NCBI GenBank assembly: GCA_041666525.1
Contig: JBAYGT010000001.1
Span: forward strand, 132,014 to 196,013
DNA from: Negativicutes bacterium
GTDB lineage: Bacteria; Bacillota; Negativicutes; JBAXTZ01
Direction: 5' to 3'
DNA length: 64,000 nt
Shown piece by piece: positions 9,711 to 18,782 of the stretch. Every line of letters begins with the position of its first letter. The first letter of the stretch is position 1. The translations under genes and the position numbers were made by a program. The notes beneath the pieces are model-generated. The model searched no databases. It had not been told where the DNA came from and saw only the letters and a program-made list of their open reading frames with translations.

Positions 9711-10895
9711 TTACTGTAATTTTATCAAACGCGCAAACTCAGCGCCAATTTCAAAAGCCTGTTTTAATTCGTCATTGTTTGGTGCCCATTTGGCGCCAAT
9801 GGAATGCTTTACTTCTATTCCGGTTTCGGCTAGCATCTTATCTATTTCCTTCACTGCACCACCAGCCCAGCCATACGTCCCAAAAACGGCAGCTATTTTC
9901 CCAACCGGGCGCAATCCCTTTAGCTGATATAAAAGCGCGCCGACATTAGGCAACACACCGTTATGTATTGTTGATGAACCAATCATAATTCCCTTAGCCG
10001 TCAGAATATCGCGTACAATTTCCGTGCGGTCGGATGCGTTTAGCCGGTAAAAATTAACTTTAATGCCTTCAGAGACAACGCCGTCCATCAATGCCCGCGC
10101 AAGTATTTCCGTGCTTCCCCACATCGTTTCATAAACAATAACGACTCGTTCGCTGGTCATACCAGCCGACCATTCGGCATATTTTTTCAGTATCGCACCA
10201 ATATGTGAACGCCAGATCACTCCGTGGCTAGGCGCGACAATTTTGATTGTAAACTGTAACTGAGAAACTTTATCAAGCGCCCCGGCCACTTGTTTGCCAA
10301 GTGGCATCAAAATGTTTGCATAATATTTTTCAGCCTCAAACAGTACTTCAGCTAAATCATTTTCATCATCAAACAATTTCGACGAACATAAATGCTGCCC
10401 AAAAGCATCATTCGAAAACAGAATATCTTCGCCTTCAAGAAACGACGCCATGCTGTCCGGCCAATGCACCATTGGCAACGGCAAAAAATGTAATTTGTTT
10501 TTACCGAGCTCAATACTGTCACCGGCTTTAACAATTTTAAAATTAAATTCGCTTCCATAATATTTGGTAATCTCATCTTTGCCCTGCGCGGTACACACAA
10601 CAACAGCATTTTTTGCGGCTCGCGCCAAAACCGGCAATCCGCCGGAATGATCCGGCTCAACATGATTGACAATAATATAATCGATTTTCTCAGGATCAAC
10701 AATATTGGCAATTTTTGACAGTTGCTCGTCTGCAAACGTATGTTTAACTCCGTCAATTACGGCAATTTTTTCGTCCATAACTACATATGAATTATAGGTT
10801 ACGCCCTTTGGTGTACAAAAACCATGAAAATCACGCATGTTCCAGTCTATGCCGCCGACAAAATAAACCGCTTGTGTAACTTGTTTATTAATCAC
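9711..10895 (-). CDS. fprA: Flavodiiron protein (FprA; metallo-beta-lactamase plus flavodoxin domains)
   Basis: 394 aa. The N-terminal part has a beta-lactamase fold with an HxExDH-like motif (NHVEPDHSGG). The C-terminal part is a flavodoxin domain. Confidence 0.85.
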   Translation of the reverse strand: MINKQVTQAVYFVGGIDWNMRDFHGFCTPKGVTYNSYVVMDEKIAVIDGVKHTFADEQLSKIANIVDPEKIDYIIVNHVEPDHSGGLPVLARAAKNAVVVCTAQGKDEITKYYGSEFNFKIVKAGDSIELGKNKLHFLPLPMVHWPDSMASFLEGEDILFSNDAFGQHLCSSKLFDDENDLAEVLFEAEKYYANILMPLGKQVAGALDKVSQLQFTIKIVAPSHGVIWRSHIGAILKKYAEWSAGMTSERVVIVYETMWGSTEILARALMDGVVSEGIKVNFYRLNASDRTEIVRDILTAKGIMIGSSTIHNGVLPNVGALLYQLKGLRPVGKIAAVFGTYGWAGGAVKEIDKMLAETGIEVKHSIGAKWAPNNDELKQAFEIGAEFARLIKLQ

Positions 10896-10985
10896 TTTTC
10901 CTCCACAAATACAACCTAACTATTTGTTTATTAGCAAACCAGGGTGAATATCATTTTATCACAAAGCAAGGAAAAATACAGCTCG

Positions 10986-13238
10986 TTAGTCATATATCTC
11001 CTTCGGTAAAACAAACCTTGCCGCCTCACTGGTTTTTGAACCGGCAACGACCAAACCGCCTAGTATTATCGTCTTTATCAATCGTCCATCGGCAGCAACT
11101 TCTTGCACGAAAGAAAACTGCACTCGCCCAATGGTAATGTTTTCCAACTTAAACGCGCCTTGAAAAAACGGTTTAAACTCCAGCCGGTCAACCTCGATAC
11201 GAACACCAAAATAGTAACTATATAATGAATCAAGCCAGGCGCTATGAAAGTAGTCCACTATACTTCGAAACCGGGCACCATCACTAGGACGATGGTGCTC
11301 GATGGCGCAGGGAGTAGAACGATCGCCATACAAAAAATGCAAGTCACTCCAACGTTCAAATAACAACAACCATTTTTCACGCAGTTTGTCATTATTGTTG
11401 TTTTCAACTACCGAACCAAGCGCTGCGACCAAAAGTCCGTTAGCGTAGTGCCAACTGGGTCCGTTCCAGCTGCAAGGATAAATATGCGGGTTATTGACAC
11501 TAGCCTGTGTTGGCCCGATTAAGCAATTTCCGCTCCAATACATCAAATTGTTTTTTGCCGCGGTCGCAACCGGAAATTCGTCCCAAAACAATCGTTCGTC
11601 AAAAATTTTCGCAAACGCGTCAACACAACGATTGTTGTTCATCATTCCCCAGAGATATGGCATAAATGAATCATAGCACAGCGCTTCGTCGGCTTGCGCT
11701 TCACTCAATGGATCTGCACCGACAAAACAACCGGTTTCTTCACACCATAGTTTTTTAACAACTGAATCGCTCTGTCGCAAAGCAATTTCTGCAAATAACT
11801 TGGCATCTTCAGACAATCCTAATACTCTTGCAATATCGGCTGTTGCTAATAAGTTAGCGATAGTATGCGCACACAGGTCTGGGCGTATTAAAGAGGCTTT
11901 TGGCATATTCAATTTTGCAGATCCTTCTTCATCACAACGCCAATCCCATTGATCCGGTTGCGTAAATTGATAAAAATTTGGTTGATACTCAGCCCCGGTC
12001 GTCCAGCTGCCGTGTTGCACCGGCAATTTTTCCAGATTATTCATATCAATGTCTTTTAGCGCATATTCTTTTGCTGTCTGATATATACTCAACAAAACTT
12101 TTTTATCACGATGGGACAAATACCATTTCCAAATCGCCATTGGCGTAAATTGAAGATAATTCATGTAGCCGCGAGTTCTGGCCCCCCAGTTCAACACATG
12201 ACCACAAGATAATTTTTTGTTTGTCAGCCAACGACTTTCCAAAATTTGACAAGGGACTGGCAACCCTACCGCGCAACCGAACCATAGCCCAAATGGCGAT
12301 TCATAAAACGCCGGATGTTTATAGGGATGCTGTTTTAAAATCGAACGCGGATTGTGCTGTGAACGATAGACAAGAAACCAGCGATAAAAATAGATTTTCA
12401 ATAAATCAAAATCATCGATTTCCAAACTCGGCACATTAGTATGCATCCAATCATTAAATAATTGTTCGTTTTTTTGAAAAATATCTATATCTTTCAAAGC
12501 CGCATTTACATATTCATCAGCGCAAACAGCCGACTGTTCTGATACGGCAAATGAAAATCGAACCGCTTTGGTTTCATGCGGCGCCAGTTCAAGCTCAAAT
12601 ATTGTTTTACCAAAATTTGTAGTCGCAACAGCATAGCCGTCGATCAGAAATTTATCGTTCCCATAGAGCATTCCGCCCGGTAGCGCTTTAGCATGAACTA
12701 AATAAACATTTTCCTCCGATTGCCTGGCAAAATGCGGCAGCTGCATTTCAACGCGATAGCGGCGGACAGCATTACAATCATTTATAAATTTACATTCCGA
12801 AACAAAGGTGTTGTTTGCATTAATACATTTTTTCTCTTTTATCGTTAGAACACCGCCAAATGGATAGCTCTCATCAACGGTTGAGCGGTAATATGTAGTC
12901 AAAAATGCCGGAGTCCAATTATTTCGCGTCGCAATGAACTCAAGCTCAATTTCATCGCTAGAAGTCACATCACTTACAAGTATTTTTAATACATCTTCCA
13001 AATCAGTATGATGACCGTATGCCCAGGTTCCAGGCAAACCGAGGCACGGCGGATCCCAGGCAAATTGCGGCATTTGCACAGAACAGCCACCAATTACTTT
13101 GTCCGGACGAACATAGTAGTCATGTTCTTCAATAAGTTTGGATTTACCCTCGTTGTTTTTTCCATTCCACATTTCCCGGCCAATAACATCAGTGCGAAAA
13201 GCGCTGGCTAAAAACTGATTTGTGTTAGTGATCTTCAT
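10986..13238 (-). CDS. Glycoside-hydrolase-like protein, probably a six-hairpin (alpha/alpha)6 catalytic domain; exact family uncertain
   Basis: 750 aa with no signal peptide. The C-terminal half has an aromatic-rich pattern (WNGPSWHYANGLLVAAL, WLTNKKLSCGHVLNW) typical of GH63/GH15/GH37-type barrels. This is not confirmed without a profile search. Confidence 0.45.
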   Translation of the reverse strand: MKITNTNQFLASAFRTDVIGREMWNGKNNEGKSKLIEEHDYYVRPDKVIGGCSVQMPQFAWDPPCLGLPGTWAYGHHTDLEDVLKILVSDVTSSDEIELEFIATRNNWTPAFLTTYYRSTVDESYPFGGVLTIKEKKCINANNTFVSECKFINDCNAVRRYRVEMQLPHFARQSEENVYLVHAKALPGGMLYGNDKFLIDGYAVATTNFGKTIFELELAPHETKAVRFSFAVSEQSAVCADEYVNAALKDIDIFQKNEQLFNDWMHTNVPSLEIDDFDLLKIYFYRWFLVYRSQHNPRSILKQHPYKHPAFYESPFGLWFGCAVGLPVPCQILESRWLTNKKLSCGHVLNWGARTRGYMNYLQFTPMAIWKWYLSHRDKKVLLSIYQTAKEYALKDIDMNNLEKLPVQHGSWTTGAEYQPNFYQFTQPDQWDWRCDEEGSAKLNMPKASLIRPDLCAHTIANLLATADIARVLGLSEDAKLFAEIALRQSDSVVKKLWCEETGCFVGADPLSEAQADEALCYDSFMPYLWGMMNNNRCVDAFAKIFDERLFWDEFPVATAAKNNLMYWSGNCLIGPTQASVNNPHIYPCSWNGPSWHYANGLLVAALGSVVENNNNDKLREKWLLLFERWSDLHFLYGDRSTPCAIEHHRPSDGARFRSIVDYFHSAWLDSLYSYYFGVRIEVDRLEFKPFFQGAFKLENITIGRVQFSFVQEVAADGRLIKTIILGGLVVAGSKTSEAARFVLPKEIYD

Positions 13239-13289
13239 TGTGGTTGCGCTCCTTCAAAAACAAATAAGTCGAAAAAAAACCGTAAGCTT

Positions 13290-14291
13290 TCAACGGACGT
13301 CAACGTAATCATATTTTGCTGCAGCAAGTATCGCTTCAATCATGCTTGCAGAATTCGCAACCCCCTGTCCAGCAATATCAAATCCGGTTCCATGATCGAC
13401 TGAGGTACGCAAGAACGGCAAACCAATTGTCAACGAAATCGTCTTGTGAAAATCCAGTGTTTTGGCGGCAATATGGCCTTGATCATGATATAACGACAAA
13501 ACGGCCGGATATTTGCCGAGTTTTGCTGCGGCAAATACCGAATCTGCAGGAATCGGTCCTACACAATTGCATCCCTGACTTTGCGCAGCTTGTATTGCCG
13601 GAATTATAATATTTTGTTCTTCATCGCCAAACATCCCGCCATCACTATTGTGCGGATTAAGACCGGAAACTGCAAGCGATCCATCATTAAGTCCAAGGCT
13701 AGTGAGCGCCGCTAAACTGCGTATAATATATTCCAACACCCTGTCGTACGTCACCATTGCACAGGCCTGGCGTAACGAAACATGGCGGCTAAGAAAAAAT
13801 ATCCGCAACAAATTTGTTTGAAACATCGTCAATGGATCAACCACTCCGGTTAAATTAGCAATAATTTCGGTATGTCCTGGCTGACATATACCTGCCAGTT
13901 TGATGGCTTGTTTATTTATCGGCGTAGTCGCCATACAGCTCTTTGAATTGCTCAAACAGACATCGGTGGCAATTTTAATATAGCTGTACGCGGCACGTCC
14001 GGCAAGTTCAGAAATTTCTCCGAACTTTAATGAATAACTCTCGTTACGACTCAAACAGCCAACGTCCAGCAAATTAATTGTTGCATATTCACAGGGAGCG
14101 TTTACATCATTAACAGGCCGGATGCGCACAAACGAATCTAAAATACCCGAAATCCGTTCTAAAACCGCACGGTCACCTACGACTACAGGATTACACATTT
14201 CATAGATTGTACGATTTTGCAGGGCACGTACAACAATTTCCGGACCGATACCTGCCGGATCACCAATCGGTATTAAAACAGTTTTTTTCAT
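13290..14291 (-). CDS. PdxA-family 4-hydroxythreonine-4-phosphate dehydrogenase-like protein
   Basis: 333 aa. It has MKKTVLIPIGDPAGIGPEIV at the N-terminus and HGTGFDIAGQG near the C-terminus. These are hallmarks of the PdxA/PdxA2 family. Confidence 0.8.
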   Translation of the reverse strand: MKKTVLIPIGDPAGIGPEIVVRALQNRTIYEMCNPVVVGDRAVLERISGILDSFVRIRPVNDVNAPCEYATINLLDVGCLSRNESYSLKFGEISELAGRAAYSYIKIATDVCLSNSKSCMATTPINKQAIKLAGICQPGHTEIIANLTGVVDPLTMFQTNLLRIFFLSRHVSLRQACAMVTYDRVLEYIIRSLAALTSLGLNDGSLAVSGLNPHNSDGGMFGDEEQNIIIPAIQAAQSQGCNCVGPIPADSVFAAAKLGKYPAVLSLYHDQGHIAAKTLDFHKTISLTIGLPFLRTSVDHGTGFDIAGQGVANSASMIEAILAAAKYDYVDVR

Positions 14292-15235
14292 AAATCGGTA
14301 TTACCTTCCACATCTTGAGCCATGAGAATCGGTTGTTGGTGGTGCTGCGAACGCGGAAATACTAAATTTATTGCATTGGACGCAATTTCGAAAGTAAACT
14401 TCCGGTCAACACAAACTTCACCGTCAAATTCAGCAGTCAAAAGGTTTTCGCTATTTACGATAACTTTCTTGGTTTGGCGTTGAATTAATCTGTCGATCCG
14501 GTTTTGTTTGCCCATGTAGAAATACGGAGCAATTTTTGCTAATTCATAAAGTGTTCGTGCCGGCATTATAGCGACATCCAACAACCCATCTGCCATATCG
14601 GCGTTTGGTGCCGCCGGAATACCACCACCATAATATTTGGCGTTGGCAATTATCATCAAAGTTATTTTTTCATTGATAGTTTCGCCATCAATCGCAATTT
14701 CTATATCATTAGTCGCGTAATTTTTCAATGCAATCGCTGCACCAACCAAATACGCAGTTCTTCCGCCCAATATTGGATGCTTTTTGTATTTTTGGGCACG
14801 ACGGCAAGCTTCGGCGTCAATACCCAAAGACGCCACGTTAAGGAAATAGCGGCCATTAACTATTCCGGCATCAACAATTTGCGGCGATCCCATAATTACA
14901 TTCATAAAATATTTTTTGGCGCTTTCTTTTTCGCCGATACTACGCACAAAATCATTGCCGGATCCAGCCGGTATTACTGCCATTTGATTGTTGCTGTTGA
15001 TCATTCCGTTTAGCACTTCATTAACTGTTCCGTCACCACCGACTGCATACACCCGCCAACCAGGAATAGCTGCATATTTACGGGCAATTTCAGTCGCATG
15101 ACCCGGATATTGGGTTAACTCAATTTCACAATCTTTTTCCGCACGGTGCTCTTTGGCAAGTTCTTTGATCATTGGTACAAACTTATAGCCTTTACCATTA
15201 CCGGCTGCCGGATTTATGATAAACAAATGTTTCAT
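14288..15235 (-). CDS. Diacylglycerol kinase-family lipid kinase (YegS/BmrU-like)
   Basis: 315 aa. It has the DAGK catalytic domain with a GGDGT motif (VGGDGTVNEV). The ATG at 15235 is preceded by GAGAGGTG. Confidence 0.75.
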   Translation of the reverse strand: MKHLFIINPAAGNGKGYKFVPMIKELAKEHRAEKDCEIELTQYPGHATEIARKYAAIPGWRVYAVGGDGTVNEVLNGMINSNNQMAVIPAGSGNDFVRSIGEKESAKKYFMNVIMGSPQIVDAGIVNGRYFLNVASLGIDAEACRRAQKYKKHPILGGRTAYLVGAAIALKNYATNDIEIAIDGETINEKITLMIIANAKYYGGGIPAAPNADMADGLLDVAIMPARTLYELAKIAPYFYMGKQNRIDRLIQRQTKKVIVNSENLLTAEFDGEVCVDRKFTFEIASNAINLVFPRSQHHQQPILMAQDVEGNTDL

Positions 15236-15385
15236 ACACACCTCTCAATAATAAAATTGTATACCCAATCAAATAAGTTTAGCGCTCAATAATAAATATG
15301 CATCATGTTGTTTTCTTTATACTCTGCTATAAAACATCCATCCGGTAAGTATTATTCGCCATTTCGCCAACTTTTTTTGTTTCAT

Positions 15386-18300
15386 CTAATTAATCTTTGC
15401 GCGTAACGAACGCTTTAACCGCCATATCTTAATCACCCGGTCGTCACCACCGCTGGCGACCCGCTTATCATCAACGCTGAACGCCACTGCGCACACCCTG
15501 TCTGTATGCCCTTTTAGCACTTCGATTTGATTACCTGAACGAACATCCCAAACAATTACTGTATTATCATCACCGCAACTGGCCAGCATTTCACCTTTAT
15601 GCGAAAAAACTAACGAACGAACTCGTTTGGTATGCCCGACTAAAGATTTCACACGTTCGCCGGTTTTTTGGTTCCATATAATAATATCCCCCCCATCACT
15701 TCCGCTGGCGAGCAAGTAACCGTTGGGATGAAAATCTAAACACCGTACAGCCGCATCATGTCCCGCCAAAGAAATAGACAAACTGCCGTCAAAATTCCAG
15801 ATTTTTACCGACCGGTCACTACTGCAACTGGCAATTTTGCTGCCATCTGGCGAAACGACAACTCCGAAAACTGAAGCAATGTGTCCACGAATTGTTCTTA
15901 TACAACTTTGACTGGCTACATCCCATATACGTATTGAATTGTCACCAGCCGCACTTACCAGTACATTGCCCTCACGAGAAGAGGATACTGCGTAAATAAT
16001 TTGATTATGCCCGACAAGTGTTCCGGTGTTACTGCTATCTTCCATGTTCCACAATCTCAAGACTTTTTCCCACCCGACAGTAACGAGCACTGAACTAACG
16101 CCAAGAAATGTAATTGCCTCAATCGGGTAATTACTTGCCTTAAGCGTTCGGATAAAGCTGCCACTCCGGGCAGACCAAATTTTTGCGGTGCCATCACCGC
16201 TACCAGATGCTAAATATTTTCCATTTTTTGAAAACTTCAGCGCTTCAATCCAATAGTTATGTGCAGCAATAGTGCGTACGCGCGGCTCTTTCACAAAATA
16301 ATAAACAATTAACACAAGTAGCAGCAATAGAACTATTACACTAAATATCAAAACTTTCATATTGCTAAATATTGTTATATTTGATCCGGTATTAGTTTTA
16401 AATAATTTTTGCAGCCACTCGCTACGTCCGTTTTTTTGATTAGCGTACATCCTGTTGAAATCCACGCCAATCTCCTGTGGTTTGGAAATGTTTTGCCCGC
16501 AAACAACACATTTTGAGCCGTTTTCACGCCAGCAAGTAACATGCTGTGGTGATTTGCAATTATCGCAAATTGCAATTACATCGCCTGGGCGGACTTCCTG
16601 GCTACAAAATGCACAAACAGTTTTTTCGGCAAACATTTTTCCATCAGCTGCATATATCATTGAATTTCGCAAATCATTTTGTTCCTGAATGGTGGACAGG
16701 CATTTTTCGGTGTCAATATCCCAAACTTTCTCCGTTCCGTCACCACCAGCACTGATCAACTGCTTACCGTCGTCAGAAAATTGCACATCATTTACCCAGC
16801 GGTCATGTCCGGTCATGGTTTTTTCACATTCGCCGGTTGCGACATTCCAAATCTTTATTTGCTTATCATCACCGCAAGTGGCTAAATGTTTTCCATCAGG
16901 CGAAAACTCTACATCGCGTACCCAAGCATCATGTCCCGTCAAATTATGTTCTTCCTCTCCGGTCTCGGCATCCCAGATTTTCACCGTTGAGTCAAAACTG
17001 CCACTGGCTACTACTTTTCCGTCCGGCGAAAACGCTACTGATTTCACCCAGCCCTTATGTCCTTTCAAATTTTTGGAACTACCGGTAGCTAAATTCCAAA
17101 TTTTTACAGTTTTGTCATCACCACCGGATACCAAACGCTTGCCGTCTTCCGAAAAAGCGACCGAACGCACCAAGTCACTATGTCCAATTAGTGTTTTTAC
17201 CGTTTCTCCACTATCTGCATCGAAAATTTTAATTTCTCCGTTTGTCTGCCCTATGGCAATCAATGTTCCATCATTGGAAACAACCGCGTTCTCCAACCAA
17301 ATATCCCGTCTTGCCATCGCTTTGTCGCATTTCAGTGACGACAGATTCCATTGCTTTATTGTCATACTTTTTCCGGCGGTATAGAGTTTGCTCTCGGATA
17401 AATCTAATGCCAGAACAGTACCTGAATCCTTTCGTCCAGCCAAAAACTGCTTTTTTATGTTGCCATTATTAGAAACGATACTAATTTGACCATCAGCTCC
17501 GGCTATCAAAACTGTCCCATCTTTTTTGACGGCAAGCGCTGATATTTCAATTTGTACCCGGTAACTGTTCACAATTTTACCGAATAGTACATTAATCAAC
17601 ACTATATTACCTGTATTATCCGCAACTGCTACAACGTTATTGTCACTAGACAACGTCAAGTGTTGTGGAGCAAACGGAAGCGCAATTTCTTTTAGCATTT
17701 TCCCAGTTGTAATATCTGTAACAAACACTTTTTTATCATCACTGACCGAAACAATTATATTCTTCTTGTCCATGCCAAGTGCCAATATTTTGCCCTGATG
17801 AATTTTATTTGTCGAACGCACCGCTCCTTGCGATACCTCATATACTGCCAGCTCACCGCTATCATTTCCAACAGCCAATTTATTACCACCGTCAAAACAT
17901 ACAGCCGCTTGTACTCTTTCTTTTCCGCTTTTAAGCGTGCGCAAAAAAGCGCTGTTACTAGTCGAAAACATTTTCGTCTCGCCGCCATTGCCACCGGTAA
18001 CAATGTTGTCAGCATACTTCGGTGTAAACATTACAAAATCAATCGTCTGATCAAAGGCGACGACCTTACTTAACGGCGTCTCACGCCTTATATCCCACAA
18101 CTCAACACTGCCGTCATTCAAACCAGCTGCGAGTTTATTGCCAGTTTCAGTTAACGAAAGTGCTGTAACCTCCGGTTTATTGTTAATAAATTTTTTTATA
18201 ATCCGCAATGGATCTTTACAGATAAAATACCAACCTCCGGCTACCATGAACAACAGTAGGCAAATCGTTAATAAGCCAGCCAGGACCCGTAACCCTTTTC

Positions 18301-18670
18301 TCCGATTCCTTATTATGCGGCTTTTTAAATTACTAATTATTCCCGGATGGTTGATATCACCAACAGAAGTGGAAGCATGCCGCTTCGAATAACAAGAAAA
18401 TACGCTGCACTCGTTTTTTGCATCCCAACACTCTTTATGGTGTGCAGAATGGCAATATGGACACAAAATTCGTTCACTATATTGATCAATTTCATTGCGG
18501 CAACATGGACATAACTCAATATTCGGTTGCATATTAATTTCTGCCAAGTCTTGCGCTTCGTCAATTGGCAATGCCGCTATTTCAGCAATGCCATTTTGAA
18601 ATTCACCGCATATTCGACATTTTTCTTCATTATCCAGCATTTTAGCGCCGCAAAAATTACAATATTTCAT
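15386..18670 (-). CDS. Large membrane protein with two tandem [zinc ribbon – TM helix – WD40 beta-propeller] modules
   Basis: 1094 aa. The N-terminus has a double zinc ribbon (CNFCGAKM..CRICGE; CPCC..CPYCHSAHHKECW..CSVFSC). TM1 is LAGLLTICLLLFMVAGGWYFI. Then come a degenerate propeller and canonical WD40 repeats (GH..WD). A second zinc finger follows (CAFC..CDNCKSPQHVTCW..CVVCGQ). TM2 is VLIFSVIVLLLLLVLIVYYFV. Seven clear WD40 repeats end the protein. Confidence 0.8.
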   Translation of the reverse strand: MKYCNFCGAKMLDNEEKCRICGEFQNGIAEIAALPIDEAQDLAEINMQPNIELCPCCRNEIDQYSERILCPYCHSAHHKECWDAKNECSVFSCYSKRHASTSVGDINHPGIISNLKSRIIRNRRKGLRVLAGLLTICLLLFMVAGGWYFICKDPLRIIKKFINNKPEVTALSLTETGNKLAAGLNDGSVELWDIRRETPLSKVVAFDQTIDFVMFTPKYADNIVTGGNGGETKMFSTSNSAFLRTLKSGKERVQAAVCFDGGNKLAVGNDSGELAVYEVSQGAVRSTNKIHQGKILALGMDKKNIIVSVSDDKKVFVTDITTGKMLKEIALPFAPQHLTLSSDNNVVAVADNTGNIVLINVLFGKIVNSYRVQIEISALAVKKDGTVLIAGADGQISIVSNNGNIKKQFLAGRKDSGTVLALDLSESKLYTAGKSMTIKQWNLSSLKCDKAMARRDIWLENAVVSNDGTLIAIGQTNGEIKIFDADSGETVKTLIGHSDLVRSVAFSEDGKRLVSGGDDKTVKIWNLATGSSKNLKGHKGWVKSVAFSPDGKVVASGSFDSTVKIWDAETGEEEHNLTGHDAWVRDVEFSPDGKHLATCGDDKQIKIWNVATGECEKTMTGHDRWVNDVQFSDDGKQLISAGGDGTEKVWDIDTEKCLSTIQEQNDLRNSMIYAADGKMFAEKTVCAFCSQEVRPGDVIAICDNCKSPQHVTCWRENGSKCVVCGQNISKPQEIGVDFNRMYANQKNGRSEWLQKLFKTNTGSNITIFSNMKVLIFSVIVLLLLLVLIVYYFVKEPRVRTIAAHNYWIEALKFSKNGKYLASGSGDGTAKIWSARSGSFIRTLKASNYPIEAITFLGVSSVLVTVGWEKVLRLWNMEDSSNTGTLVGHNQIIYAVSSSREGNVLVSAAGDNSIRIWDVASQSCIRTIRGHIASVFGVVVSPDGSKIASCSSDRSVKIWNFDGSLSISLAGHDAAVRCLDFHPNGYLLASGSDGGDIIIWNQKTGERVKSLVGHTKRVRSLVFSHKGEMLASCGDDNTVIVWDVRSGNQIEVLKGHTDRVCAVAFSVDDKRVASGGDDRVIKIWRLKRSLRAKIN

Positions 18671-18724
18671 TTTTTTCCTCGCAAAATACTACCTAATGTC
18701 ATTTTACCTTACAACAACTCATTT

Positions 18725-18761
18725 CTCAAACAAAAAAGCCTCAGCAAAACTGCTGCGGCTT
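18725..18761 (-). terminator. Rho-independent terminator downstream of the TGS-kinase gene
   Basis: On the minus strand: AAGCCGCAGCA-GTTT-TGCTGAGGCTT followed by TTTTTTGTTTG. Confidence 0.65.
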
Positions 18762-18782
18762 AAATACATCTTATATTAAGTG

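Noticed and set aside
16689-17384. 231-aa plus-strand ORF (and several others at 16455-17472) inside the WD40 gene
   Set aside because: It is antisense to a well-supported 1094-aa CDS. It is low-complexity and Ser/Pro-rich, with no RBS. It is the mirror image of WD40 repeat codons.
15386-18670. Repetitive DNA (WD40-encoding repeats) as a possible CRISPR or tandem-repeat array
   Set aside because: The repeats are degenerate at the nucleotide level and in-frame protein coding. There are no identical spacer-separated direct repeats.
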